From Somniosus microcephalus (taxonomy: Eukaryota): 64,000 nt of DNA. Made by a program: the position numbers and the translations under genes. Positions 45,342 through 58,456 of this stretch are shown piece by piece (position 1 is the first letter of the stretch; every line of letters starts with the position of its first letter). The stretch is from the NCBI GenBank assembly GCA_052327205.1, contig CM126209.1, positions 39,246,001 through 39,310,000 of the forward strand, given 5' to 3'. The notes under the pieces are model-generated. The model saw only the letters and a list, made by a program, of their open reading frames with translations. It was not told the origin of the DNA and did no database searches.

Positions 45342-48300
45342 CATTTTCTGCTCCACGTCTCTTTATAATTGTTTAACAATTAAATTGTATATTTATATAA
45401 TATCCGTATCTGTTTAAAATATATCTTTCTTATATGCAACCACTTGCATAATTATAAAGACAATGTGCTTCTCTATAAATTGTATTAAATATACAGTGTA
45501 TATATGGATTATTTTGCAGTTTCTTATTTGATAATAAGTCTTATTTATTTCCTACAATTGCAGATGGGTGCATTATGCTAAAAATGTTCACATCAAAATA
45601 GAAATTTCAGGATATAAAAAACACACACCTGAAGAAAATGAAGTACTGTACTGATTATAAGAATATTTCTTAATGGATAACAGGGAACCACAAAGTATAC
45701 ACCTGAACTGAGCATATTACTCGACTTTGGTGCTAGGAATTCATTTTTGACATAATAGCAAGTCATTTTTCGACAAGGGAAATTCATAGACAACAATGAT
45801 ACAGAAGGAACAATATACCTGCTTACTATGCACATTGTTTGCTTTTTTTAAGAACTATTTCACTCAGGGCACCGAAAGCAACACTGACATAGTGGCGCTT
45901 GTTATAGTTTTTGCAACAGGAAATACAGACAGGTGTGTACGACATGTCTAACCTTATATAAGGATATTTTGTTTATAGGGTAAATGAATAAATTGAAAAC
46001 CTGAAACAGAAAAAAGTAGAGCGTTGTGTGTAATGTTGCCGAAACGTTATCATACACCCAAAGCAATCTGAATGTGTTGCTATCACCTAAGCGTAAAACT
46101 TTTTGTGCAAAAGATTACAGTTGGCAATTCTCATAAATAGTACTTCCAAATCTCACGACTTGTTACATAAGACCCCCAAATAATTAACACACAAACCTTA
46201 CAGAAAAGCTAATAGAGCAATTATAGCGTGCAATACAGGTCTTCTCAAATATTTTGCTTATTCTTAAATTTAGCGCCTTTGATATGAGGAATAAATTTAG
46301 GTTGGCATTTTCAGAGCAATGCATTGGGCTGCAAGGTAAGATTAATTCAGAGTATTTAATTAAAATCTTGGAAAGCAGTATTTTTTAATTTAAATAATCT
46401 ATAAAGGCACCTTTTCGCGCTATTCGACTCAGTTGCAAAAATGTTAAAACGTATTTCATTATTCACTCCAACAGAATGACAATCTTAAATAATAGAAAAG
46501 GGCAAAGTCTGCATTTTTGAACTAACTATGTATACTGAGGGTGGTCAAAAATTACATTTATACGAGGCAAGATAGCGTAGTACGCCTCTTAAAATTTAAT
46601 TTCAAGGGTATATTTTATAACAGTTCACAAACGACGCATTTATATATTTTTGATGCAGTAAATAATCAAGAATACGAAAAGCTGGAAGAGTAACAGAGTT
46701 TTCGTGTAATATTACGGTCATGTGCCATTTTACAATGCGTACATTGACATTTCTACTTAGTTAACTCAGACATTTTATTTTACTTAAACGTTTCTAAAAT
46801 GAACGATCAATACTTTCAACTATTGTTGAAATTAACTGACGATCAACACGCATGATCGTTTAATAATGTGATATGAGCCCTTATCCCCAGCTTGAAATTC
46901 CACATTTTCTGCACGCCCTTCAGTTCAACGTAGAGGTATACAGAAACCAATCTGCGACAATATTATTTGTCTAAATTATCAACATCTCATAAGAATGAAC
47001 TGCAACCCAGGAGCTTGTTCTAATATGAGCATTGGCTTTCAATAACCTTTTATCAAAACTTGGGCGGAGTAACGTATTTCTTCTACTAAATGTTTACCTT
47101 CATTGTGAAATACCGTATCTACGTTTTATTTCTACTACAATGAACATTAACTGATATAACAAGAGAAAATGTTCTTGTATTTGAAGGGTGCATCGTGATT
47201 TTTTTAATGTTAGTGCTATAAATATGTAGTGTGAACTCCCACCACATGTTGCGTAACGGTGCAATTCAAGACACCAAAAGCTAATTTGCTTTAATTTGCA
47301 TTTGAACCTTTTGCTAGAATATTAGACCGAATTTGCAAACTTTACTTACGATCTCCGAAAACTTTGGGTAATAAGGCATGTATCAGATCTGTCAGAAACA
47401 AGTTAAAAGCAGCAGTACATGAAGACTATTATTTTTTATTAAATAAATTACGTTTAAAGATAAACTTCTCTCTGTGAGTAGAAGTTATGACATTTTTCTT
47501 TTCCGTTATAAAGTATTACTCAAATATAACGTACTTTGTACCTGTTTATTTGTGGATTACCTCAGAACTGAAAGTGGGCTCCGCACTAGAATGAATCTCT
47601 AATTAAACGCAAATGTTCAAACAGCACTGATATTATTCTGGAACGTGGCAATTGTAATGCTTTGCAAATATGGTATGGGTGTGTTGGGACAAAAAAAATC
47701 ATTATAATGAACTAAGAACAATTCGAAAATGTTCATTAGCATTAATCCGTTGGATCATTTTGGAGAAAAGCGCAATTTTTTTTACAGGAATAACAGAAGG
47801 CCCTACAAGTACATTTGTTGTTTTAATATAACATAAAAATCACAAATTGAATTACAGAACAAATGATGTCGACGAAATCAAAGTATAGCTATTAAATGTT
47901 AACAATAGTAATGCAAAGGTATATTTATGAACAGAGTCAATAGTATTAATAGTAACAGTTTGAATAACATGCATGGATAATAAATGCACATTAACTCATG
48001 GTATTGAATGTCCGGAAAGCACTAGATAACAACCCACTAAGGTAACATTCATCTATTATGTATGCATGTTATATTTTAATTACTTTAATACTACTGATAC
48101 CCTCAATATAGTCTCTATGCATACACGTTACTGTATTGCATTGTCATTAAATCTGTAAGAGTTACTTCCTCCGTGGTTGAAAATTTAAACCATAGTGGTT
48201 CAATTTAATATAGTGGTTTACAATATTTTAACATTTGCGTTAATATATGTCTACAAATTTTACGCTTTCAAAGTAGTTAAGCTGTTGGAGCTCTCTAAAG

Positions 48301-48479
48301 TTGCAAAACATTACAAAGTTGCATTCTTGCTCTATGCGAAAACCTGTAACATATTTGTTAATTGATCTTCCCTTCGCAGGACTTTTCTTTTTTTTAAAAA
48401 AACTTGTGTTTCAATGCAACCTATTCTCCTTATTTGCAATTCCCCTCTGAAATCGGGCCACGCTCGTTCAAGTTGAAGT

Positions 48480-49200
48480 TGGGATCTTGCAGTTTTGAAG
48501 GAAGAAACCTGGACAAACGGGCGCGTCACGTGACCTACACTGGGTGGCTGGGAGTCAACGGGAGCTGCCGTGACGTCACATCCTCAGCCCAAACGAAAGG
48601 GTGGCGCGCCAAAGCGGGCCTCCTTCAAACCGACCAATCAGAAGGAAGGATCGTTACCGGCCGCGGCGCGCGCTCCGGCAGATTCGGAGCGGAATCGTGT
48701 TGGTTTTGATTCGGTTATTATTTGAAAAAGAGAAATTAAAAGGGAAAGGAGGAAGGTAGGTAAATGGGCGCGGAGCGGATGGAGGGAGACCAGCGGGTGG
48801 CGGATTCGCTTGGCGAGGGAGGCGGCGTCCGCAAGGGTTGCCGGCGGGAGGTTTTCTTGCTGGTTCACACCAGCTCCTTCTGTTCGTGCTGCGAGCCGCC
48901 AGTGCGACTTCAGTCGGCGATTCGCCGCCCGCTCGCTCGGGCGGGTGTAGGCTGCAGGCCTGAGGCTGTGCGGTGTTCAGATCAGTGGCAGTCCGCCCGG
49001 GCTGTTCGGATTTACGGGGAGAGTATGCGGCGTTTCATTGAAACTTAAACACAGCCGGGGAAGATACGATCCCAGCTTACACTGCCCGTCAAATAAATGC
49101 CTTTAATGGCCAACGAAGTGCGAACGGGGTTTGGGATTCGGCCCGGCATTGAGCGCCAGCATGCACATCAGTTTGCTATGGCGGCCATTTTATTTGTCAG
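48480..49200 (+). promoter_or_regulatory. BUB3: BUB3 CpG-island promoter, non-coding exon 1 (probable donor AAG|GTAGGT at 48756) and start of intron 1
   Basis: CpG-rich; E-box 48525-48534, CRE 48570-48579, E2F 48602-48613, CHR-like 48624-48629 and 48721-48726, CCAAT 48634-48638. Confidence 0.8.
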
Positions 49201-49604
49201 CAACAGTTTAAATTCAGTTCCCAATTATTGAGGCCTTTCTTCAAGCAATATTCCCTTCATTAGTTTTCGACTGTAATGCTTAAAGATGCTTAAAGTTGCT
49301 ATGTAAATCAGGTCGCTTTTACTGGCGGATTCTGCCACCAGTGATTTGCCAAAATTGTTTTTTTCATATATCTAAAAAGGGACGCATACAACTTAGTGCA
49401 TTAATAATTCTCTTATTCTGCCACTGACACCATTTTGTTTAGGGACAGACCGCATTCCTACCTGTTTCCCTAGACAGTCTGGGACACTCTTTATTGACAA
49501 TGTTGGGGTTGGAGTCTGGAACACTATTATGTTAGCCTAGTTAATAATGGCCACTGTACCATTTGACCTGGAGAGAAGTGGGCCTAGGTAACTAAGCAAA
49601 TAGA

Positions 49605-50310
49605 TTTGACAACTCGCATTCATATTATGCAGAACAATCTCTCAAGCTGCTTTAGAGATGCAAGGCTAAAAATGGACACTGAGCTAAAAAAGGAGATATT
49701 AGAAGAGGTGACCAAAAGATTGATAAAAGAGATGGGTTTTAAGGAGGGTCTTAAAGGAGGAGAGGGAGGTGAAGAAGTGGAAGAATGACTTTGGTAGCTG
49801 AAGACATAGCTGCCAATGGAGGGAGGGAGAAATGCACAAGATGCTGCAGTGGGTGAAAAGGAGACTTTGGAGAGGGTGTAGGTCTGGAGCAATTTAGAGA
49901 TAAGGAGAAGTGAGGCCATGGACAGACCTAAATAGGGATGAAGATTTACATTTTGAGGTGTTGGGGACACTGGAAGACTGTAGGTCAGTGAGGATGGGGA
50001 TGATGGGCAAGTGGGACTTGGTGTGGGATATGAAATGGGCATCAAAGTTTTGGATGAGCTGAAGTTTACAGAAAGAGAAGCAGGCCAGAAGTACATTGGA
50101 ACAGGTGATAAAGCAATGAATGAGGGTTTCGACAGCAGAATGTCTGATGTGGGGATGGAGGCTGGTGATGTTACAAAGGTGGAAGTGGTCTTTATGATAG
50201 AGAGGATATGGGGTCGGATGCTCAGCTCCATGTCAAATAGGATACCAAGTTTATTACATATGCTAGAAACTGGTCCAGCTCTCGCCGTGGGAAATGGCGA
50301 GGTCGAGGGG
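49605..50310 (-). mobile_element. Decayed L2 LINE 3' fragment
   Basis: Minus frame KLGILFDMELSIRPHI; homologous to 19320-20317; tail ...ATATGAATGCGAGTTGTC. Confidence 0.75.
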
Positions 50311-50454
50311 TAGCCAGGATTATAGGTAGGGGAACTTGTGTAGAGGGAGAGGGCATGAAAATGTCTCCTTAACACCCCAAGTGACTGCATCTTTCCAGTG
50401 AACAGCTTTAAGATAAATTTGTCTGAAAGCAGTTATTTTACTAATTAATATTAT

Positions 50455-51010
50455 TTCTAGGGAAAGAACAAAAGGAAAAGATCTGTGATAGGGTAGAGGA
50501 CAGAAATGATAAAATGACAAAAGGGATGGTGGTGCAAGGCGAAAGGGGGTGATAATGGGGCAAGTATAGAAATAAAGATGGGTAAAGAGCAGGTGCAAAT
50601 GATAAGAGGGGCAGAGATACATGGGAAATCTGACAATGTGGAAAGGCTTGGCGTGGCCTGGGAATGTGGCAGAGCAAAGGCAGGTAGACCCCAGAGGTGC
50701 AGATCATCCCACTGGCTGTGTACCAAAAGGAGATCCCCACCCCAAACACTAACCCAAAACCCTCCACCCCCAGAGCTCTGGTGCAGTCATCCTCCATTAC
50801 CAGCACCTGCTGACCGAGAGAAAATGGGAGCGGTGATTAAGATCTAAAGTTAAGGCTGGAACGCTGTAAAGTGCCTAGTAGAAAGATGAGGTGCTGTTCC
50901 TCGAGTTTGCATTGAGCTTCATTGGAACAGCGTAGGAGGCCAACAGAGAGAGATCAGAATGGGATGGAGAATTAAAGTAACAAGCAACTGGAAGCTCAGG
51001 GTCCCGCTTG
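50455..51010 (-). mobile_element. Penelope-like element 3' fragment (end of GIY-YIG region and 3' UTR), possibly with an internal insertion
   Basis: Minus strand ~50850-50941 reads GLLRCSNEAQCKLEEQHLIFLLGTLQRSSLN (cf. E...I..L.TL.P.GLN), followed by a pyrimidine-rich UTR. Confidence 0.7.
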
Positions 51011-52102
51011 CTGAAGTAACAAAGAACCAAACCCATTATTAAAAGTATATAATTTTTAAAACCAATTTATACATTTGGTTGGGAAAATATCTTGATGTTT
51101 CCAGGGCTATGTGCACAGTTACTATTATTGTTGGACCAGTACCTACATGCTTGATTACGAACCATTGCTTCTAATATCCATCATGTTACCAGTTTTAAAT
51201 ATTGTGGTTGTGTGTCAAAGCACAGGAGATGAGTATTAATGTACATGGAAGTGATGAGAATGCTTCCAGTCATTTTAGATAAGGTTTTAAAAATCACATA
51301 GTTTAAAGAGCAAATAAGTTGCATTTTGTTCATTTCTAAATGATTGAAGGAATTGACCAAAACAACTGTTTTAGTTTGCCTGAATAACGTGGCTCCCATT
51401 TTACGGACAGGGTTGATTGGCCCGTTTTTATGCTGTAAATACTTTGCATTCAGCCCAACAGGTCCATGCCAGTGTTTATGCTCCACAGGGATATTGCAGG
51501 ACCCTTCAGGACCCTGAGGCCTAAAAGTTAGATACTTGACCATAAGGCAATGCTACTAATAATGTAATATTCTGAACACAGTATATTGAACAGATATGGA
51601 TAGTTTTGCATTTTCACAACATTGATTCATTCATATTAATAATTTCATCTTCCATTGGAATTGACAATCATTATGTATTAGGTATGATTCAACTTTTATT
51701 TTTCCTCGTGCTCTGGCAGTTGGCTGCATGTATGCGAGGGAGCCATTTTCATTGTCATTACTGGGCTTTATTATCTTTTGGAAGAAAGAGGACCCACTCT
51801 TGTAACTCTTTAATTTTCCCATCACAACAAAGTCTTCATGTTTAAGGGAAAGGTATGATAGTCATTGCAGTTGATACTGTAATCAGAGAGAACAAAAAAC
51901 TCTGGTGTAGTTGGTTGAATTAATTGCACACATTGCCCTTGCTTTTCCCCCCAAATACTGAGTGATATTTACACTAGGCCAGTAGTAATCTCTTTTGGTG
52001 GTTGTAACAAATCAATCCCCTCTGCTAGGTCTCTGATCTCTGTTTTAAGTTTGTCAATGATATTAGTGCAGAACTTACTGAAATATTTTGTTTTATTTTC
52101 AG

Positions 52103-52297
52103 ATGACTGGCTCAAATGAATTCAAACTAAACCAGTGCCCTGAAGATGGCATCTCTGCCATTAAGTTCAGCCCAAACACCTCTCAGTTCCTGTTGGTGTC
52201 CTCTTGGGACAGCTCTGTTCGTTTGTACGACATCACATCCAATAACATGCGCCTCAAGTACCAGCACTCCGCGGCTGTTCTGGACTGTGCTTTCCAT
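52103..52297 (+). CDS. BUB3: Mitotic checkpoint protein BUB3, first coding exon (195 nt)
   Basis: TTTCAG|ATG; MTGSNEFKLNQCPEDGISAIKFSPNTSQFLLVSSWDSSVRLYD...KYQH..AVLDCAF; donor CAT|GTAAGG. Confidence 0.97.
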
Positions 52298-52565
52298 GTA
52301 AGGAACCGTTTAGTTAGTTTATCACTGAATTATGATTACCAGAGTCGGAAAACGTTTTGCAAAGTAGCTCCATGGATATCGCTTTGAGTAGGTGACAAAA
52401 GCTTCCAGTTGGACTCTACATTCATTGGAGATTATGTAACATCTGAAATATTGCCCAAACTTGCCCTAGCCTAAGCCACATTGGTTAATGTTCTATCATA
52501 CCACATATAGCAATTTATTTATGCCAGTAGCCCCCCAATTTGATTCACAATACTTTGTGTATTTA

Positions 52566-52825
52566 CATACATAGGATATATAGCACAGAAAGAGGCCATT
52601 CGGCCCAACCAGTCCATGCCGGCATTTATGCTCCTGCCCCCGAGCCGCCTCCCTGTCTTTCCTCATCTAACTCTATTAGCATAACCCTCCATTCCCTTCT
52701 TCCTCATATGCTTATCTAGCCTCCCCTTAAGTGCATCTAAACTATTTGTTTCAACCACTCCCTGTGGTAGTGAGTTCCACATTCTCTGGGTAAAGAAGTT
52801 TCCTCTGAATTCCCCATTTGGTTTA
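52566..52825 (-). mobile_element. CR1 3' end fragment
   Basis: Reverse complement of ..FFTQ...WNSLP.. and the GGGCCGAATGGCCT 3' UTR hairpin. Confidence 0.7.
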
Positions 52826-53230
52826 CATTAAACTCAAATTTGCACTCTCTGCTCAGTAATCTTATTTTTAATCTCCCTCTTTCTGATTTATTTTTGAAAC
52901 TTTCTTCTTTTAGTCATCCCATTTGCTTTCTTTTCTGCTTCCTTGTGTTTTTTCCTTTCTCTTGCTACATTAGTTTAATCCCTTCTCAGAGCATTGGTTT
53001 CTCTTCCAGTGAAGACGTTAGTCCCAGCTTTGTTCAGGTGTAGGCCTGTCACTCCAGTCCAGGCCACTGCTATGCCAATGCCCCAGGAATTTGAATCCTT
53101 CTGAATCCTTTCTTTCTCCAGCCAAATATTTAACTCCTTTATCTTCTTATTCCTATATAGATTATCATGCGCATCAGGAGTAATCTTGAGATTTATTACC
53201 CTTGAGATTTTACTCTCTTAATCTATCTCA

Positions 53231-53398
53231 TCAGAGACTTGAGCACAAAAATCTAGGCCGACACTCCAGTGCAGTATTTAGGGAGTGCTACAGTGTTGGA
53301 GGTGACATCTTTTGGATGAGACATTAAATCGAGGCTCCGTCTGCTCTTGGGATTAACGTTAAAGATCCCATGGCACTATTTCGAAGAAGAGCAGGGGC
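53231..53398 (+). mobile_element. DeuSINE internal fragment
   Basis: GAGACTTGAGCACAAAAATCTAG...AAAGATCCCATGGCACTATTTCGAAGAAGAGCAGGGG matches the other SINE copies. Confidence 0.75.
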
Positions 53399-53928
53399 CC
53401 CACTGGGAATTAAGTTCATCCCTGGGCTGCTCGTGTGCACCTCCTAACAGCTGACTTCAGTGTGACACTGAAATGGGCCTTGTAGCAGGTCATACAGCTT
53501 TTGCTAGTATGTGGAGCAAACAGTGAAACACCAATGTACTGGAAATATGCTTTCAAGAAGTTATGGAAACCTTTGCATTTCTTGGTCAGTTATTTTGAGT
53601 GCAGCACTTGGGACAGTAACTTAATTATATTAATCATGTTTTTTGGATTCTTAAATTCATGAGTTGGGAATGAGCTACACAAAATGTTAATTTTGAAGGA
53701 TGAAGTGCAGATTTTCATTGAATCCTTTACAGAATGTCATAGCTTGTGGCTATTCCATAGTATTGTATTGTTTTAGTCCGGAAGGACATACTTTTAAAAG
53801 TATAGGAGAACTTTCAAAAGGGAAATGAAGCACAGGTGTAAACTTCATTGTAAACGTTGGATCAATATTTGATCAAAGTATGTTATGTACTAACATCGTG
53901 TTTAATATCCACCCGCCCTTGTAAATAG

Positions 53929-53998
53929 GATCCAACTCATTCATGGAGTGGCGGATTGGACCTTTCACTGAAAATGCGTGATTTAAACACAGACCAAG
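53929..53998 (+). CDS. BUB3: BUB3 second coding exon (70 nt), absent from the ORF track
   Basis: AATAG|GAT; DPTHSWSGGLDLSLKMRDLNTDQ; donor AAG|GTGAGA; phases fit both neighbours. Confidence 0.95.
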
Positions 53999-54207
53999 GT
54001 GAGAAATGCTTGTATTAAACATGCTGTGTAAGAAGTTGCATGATGTTCTTGAACTCATTTTTATATAAACTAAATTACGCTCCTAAGTCTCTGAAAGCAT
54101 CATTAGTTCAAAGGAATTATTTCATTGGATTGTTTCACTGGTCTACCAAGTCTGACAGCAGATTATATTAAATTAGGGAAGTCAAAAGCCCATCTCTTGT
54201 TTTTTTT

Positions 54208-54565
54208 AACATAGAAATTAGAACATAATATAATGCTATTCGTCACAAACCGTCCGTGTTCATGTTCATCCTCCATGTGAGCAGTAGTCCTAATCTCCCG
54301 TGCCCATTCTGTTCCAGTATCCCTTTATGTCGCTTTCCTTCAACCACCTATCTGACCTATTCTTAAATGTTGTCATTGTCTTTGCTTCAGTCACTAACTC
54401 TGGTAGTATATTTCACAACCCTCTATAAAACCATTTCTCGTTCTTTGTCCTCAATCGCTTACATTTAATCATATCTATGTCCCATTGTTCTAGACCCCTC
54501 AACCACTGTAAACAGCCTGTTTCTATCTACTCTAGCCGATCCCTTCATAATTTTAAACACATCTG
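54208..54565 (-). mobile_element. Old CR1 3' fragment
   Basis: Minus strand ..VFKIMKG...VDRNRLF..VEGSRT.GH.. Confidence 0.65.
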
Positions 54566-55178
54566 ACATTCCCTCTTGTCTTTGATTTAGAATTTGATTG
54601 AGCGCCTCTGTCTCCACTGCAGTTTAGAAGTGCACCTCAGTTGCCTAGAAATCCCTGGTGACCTCATAATGGAAGATTTTTCTATTGATAGATTGAGGAA
54701 AATGATAGTGGTGCACAAATGTACTTAATTTCACTCATTAAAAATTCTCTTGTATATTCATAAAAGTTAGGATTAAAGGCTCCGAGGTTTTCTTATCTTA
54801 ATGGGGAAGTTTCCCAAGTGTCTTCTATGCTAAGTGGGGTCATATTCAGATTGTGCTGAACTTTACAGAAGTAAAGTTGAGGGGTAAACCACCGTTATTA
54901 GCAAATAATAATCCTACCGCATTACTCTTAGGGAGAAAACCCTCATGTCGTAGATACATCTATATCTATAACTATAACTGGACTGAGGGCTGTGCTTCGG
55001 AGGAGGGTGATCCCAAAATGGCCCTGGGATTGGTTTGAACCTCTTTCTAACCCCTGCCCCTGTAGACCCTTCCTGTTATTGATGTCACTGAAGTGGCCTT
55101 AATAAATTCAATAATTAAATTTCAGATGCGATTATTCTCTTTTTTAAATAAAAAAGGAAGCAGTACTTTGAACAAAAA

Positions 55179-56003
55179 GGGGGTGATTTTGCCAATGGGG
55201 CGTTTTTGGAGGCAGGACTCCCACTTGTCGGGTTTCAGTCACGCCTCCATCAACTTCCGGCCGACGCACGCTATTTTCCCTTGATTGACCTTGTTAAGCC
55301 TGCCCAGCGGGCTTAGCAGGCCAATTAAGCGAAAGCCGGTTACTGAGAACGTCAATGTATGACGTTTCATCTGTCAAAGTTTTGACAGATGAATTGTCAT
55401 CGTTTGACAGCTCTGTGAAGCTGTCAAACACTGACATTCTCTCTAGTTTGATGAGTTCTTGAATTCAAGACCTCATCAAACCTCTTTCTTTTGTAGAAAT
55501 TAGATGGTTGTTGCATTGGAGAATGCAACGGCCATCTGTCATCACTACCGCGGAGGTGTGAGACTCTCCGCATATCCACCGATTTGAAGCCTGCAGGAAG
55601 AAATAAAGGTAAGTACACTTTTTCTAACACTTTGCACTTACCTCAGATACTCACATCTCCACACTTGCACCCATCACTCACCTTCACAGCACACTTTTGG
55701 ACCCCCGCAGACCCACTACTCGCCTCAGTGACTCTGGCGGGTTTCGGAGCCTTCGGGAAGCCCGCACTTGTGTGGGCAAAATGGGGATAATCCTATTTTC
55801 TGCCTGTTAACTACCTGTTAACAGACAGCTAAGTGGATGTAATCCCTTCCTGCCTCCAAGGAGACTGGACCCGGCGCGGGACAGCTACCTGCCTCCTGGC
55901 AAGATGGCTTGGGGGCGGGTTGGGCACCCGCCCCCAAATTCTGCCATTTTCCCGGCAGTCTTGCTTCCAAACCCGCCTCCCCAAGGCTGGCAAAATCGCC
56001 CCC
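55179..56003. mobile_element. Harbinger-type MITE (825 bp)
   Basis: 16-bp TIRs GGGGGTGATTTTGCCA / TGGCAAAATCGCCCCC (1 mismatch), AAA on both flanks; internal 13-bp hairpin TTCATCTGTCAAA-GT-TTTGACAGATGAA. Confidence 0.85.
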
Positions 56004-56471
56004 AAATTATTTAGACTGGGGTGGGTCCAAATTTCAACTCGTGGGACACATGGCAACCTTGAAGCTGAAGCAATTTAATTATATTTACGCTTTGTCCTAT
56101 TTGATGGTGTGGGCATTGAGTCTTAGGAAGGGTTATTGTTAGTACAGTTGAGTAGCTAGTAAATCATAAATGAGAATGAGATAGATGAAAATTAATGGAA
56201 CCATGGGTTTAAACTTTTTCTGGCCTTTGAGACTCCATGGTATGCATCTATGTGGCTTATGCAGATGGAATGCCTGGATACCCCACCCTAGACTTGCCTT
56301 CTCTTTGAAAAGTGTATCCCAAGAACCTTCCCACTGGGCTTTATACTACAAATGAGCTTTTAAAGCATGCATTTCTTACAATAAAGAAGTTACACATTAC
56401 TCCTATAAGGGACAAACAGCCAGCTTTTCCTGATGTAAAGCACAATTCAGTTAATTTTATCTTTTTTATAG

Positions 56472-56623
56472 AATCTATTGTGGGTTCCCACGATGCTACA
56501 ATTCGTTGTGTTGAATACTGTCCAGAAGTGAATGTAATGGTCACAGGAAGTTGGGATCAAACAGTCAAGCTATGGGATCCTAGAACGCCTTGCAATGCTG
56601 GAACATTCGCACAGCCAGAAAGG
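56472..56623 (+). CDS. BUB3: BUB3 third coding exon (152 nt); gene continues beyond the window
   Basis: TTTATAG|AA; (E)SIVGSHDATIRCVEYCPEVNVMVTGSWDQTVKLWDPRTPCNAGTFAQPER; donor AGG|GTATGC. Confidence 0.96.
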
Positions 56624-56835
56624 GTATGCAATAATATTGTTTATAAACTAATGCTCAAAAACTGACTATTTGACACATGAATGTGCATAGTGTAAGCAAA
56701 TGTACGGTTATGGTATATTTCTGTAAAAGCTATTGGCATTATTCACAATGTAAGCTGTTATCTAACAAGATCTGCCTTTAGAAGTGTAAGATAGAATTGG
56801 GTAATTATTAACCATTATAAATCACTGTTGTGATC

Positions 56836-57233
56836 ATTAGGCTTATATTCCCTTGAATATGGAAGATTAAGGCGTGATCGAATTGGGGTGTTTAAGATGA
56901 TAAATGTATTGATGGCATAGATGTCCTCTGGTGGGGAGTCCCGAACAAGGAGGCATAACCTTACAATTCGAGCTAGGCTGTTCAGGGGTGATGTCAGAAA
57001 GCACTTCTTCACACAAAGCATAGTGGAAATCTGGAACTCTTCCCCCCAAAATGCTGTTGAGGTTAGGTCAATTGAAAATTTAAAATCTGAGATTGATAGA
57101 TTTTTATTAGGCAAGGGTAGTAATGGTTGCAGAAGCAAGGCAAATAGATGGAGTTAAGAATAAGATCAGCCATGATCTAATTGAATGGCGGAACAGGCTC
57201 GAGGGGCTGAATGGCCTACTCCTGTTCCTATGT
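56836..57233 (+). mobile_element. CR1 3' fragment
   Basis: LGLYSLEYGRLRRD...SRTRRHNL...RKHFFTQSIVEIWNS; 3' UTR like 5424-5520. Confidence 0.85.
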
Positions 57234-57447
57234 AAAGTGTTGTTGACTAGTGAAATCACGTTTATTTTGTTTTGGTATATTGGGAAGTATCCATGTGCTT
57301 GTACCAAATAAAGAACACTAGAGTACTGTATAATTGAATTGCAAGTCAGTGTAAAGATCAACTTTTTTCAGAGTTCTTTATCCTATTCTGAAATAAGTTT
57401 AGGTAAAGCCCTGTCTCCTTGGGCTGAATCATTTTGTAAATGAGGCA

Positions 57448-57612
57448 AAAATGCTAAGAATTTGAAATACAAATGGAAAATACTGGAAATGCATAGCAAG
57501 ACAATCAGCATCTGTAAAGAGAAAAGATAAGCTAACATTTTTGGTATAAGACCTGAGCACTGAGGAAGGGTCTTGTACCTAAAACATTAACGCATCTTTT
57601 TTTTCTTTACAA
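57448..57612. mobile_element. Older Penelope-pLTR-derived palindromic element
   Basis: Diverged relative of 22659-22876 with CTGAGGAAGGGTCTTGTACCTAAAAC core. Confidence 0.6.
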
Positions 57613-57715
57613 ATTCTTTCTTTATAGCGATTTTAATGAGTTGAGGAAAATGTATGTCTTTATTTTGGAGGGGGTGGGGGGTGGAAAGCTCAACTTAAGC
57701 CCAAAGTCAAGTCAA

Positions 57716-58456
57716 TCAGCTGGATTTTGCAGTCAGTGGTGATGTGCTGGCTCTCACCGCTGACCTTGAAGAAAGCTGCCCACAAAGATCTAGCAATCGA
57801 TTTCACCTCTCAACGTTGATTTGAATCTGGCGCCAAGTCTAGGAGATCTCCAGTGTCCAGCAACAGTGATGTCATCAAGCTGGCTAAGCTGCCAATCACA
57901 TTGAAGAATTCTCACAGACAGCAAACGAGGAAGTAAAAGGCACTGATTTTCCTTCACGTTTTAATCATTTTAGAAAGAGCAAACTAAAGATTGAAACATG
58001 CACATGGGGTTAAAGTAGAAGCTGAAATACCATAAACAAACTTTTTAAAAATGTAATTTTTATCATAATAGAAAAATTTGACATTTCACAAATGTAAAAT
58101 TAGTTTTTCAGTGCCAGAATGGTTGGTTGTTCAGCAGTAATTATGACTCCGTACACCATTTAAAAACCCAGTTGTACCTCATTCAACAAAGCTAAACTTT
58201 TTGGGGCATTTTCGAAGAGCATCATTCCAGCGTAAAAGCTCAAATTCTCGTCAGTTCAGTGATTTCAATTGATTGCCGGCTGTGGGGAGTTCAACAGCAC
58301 GCCCTGTGGAGGCGCAGGAGATGACTAACAGCAACTTCTGGATTTCCGCGTTTAACTGCGCATGTGTGTACTCCAGAAGTTGCTGTCAGTTTCACAGTTG
58401 TAATGATGGCGAACACTGACAGCTTCGCTGTCATTACAACTGCAAATTCCGGATCT
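57716..58456. mobile_element. Second copy of the TIR family at 15684-16460
   Basis: TIR core GGATTTTGCAGT / ACTGCAAATTCC; shares CCAATCA.ATTGAAGAAT, GGAAGT and TTAACTGCGCATGTG blocks. Confidence 0.75.
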
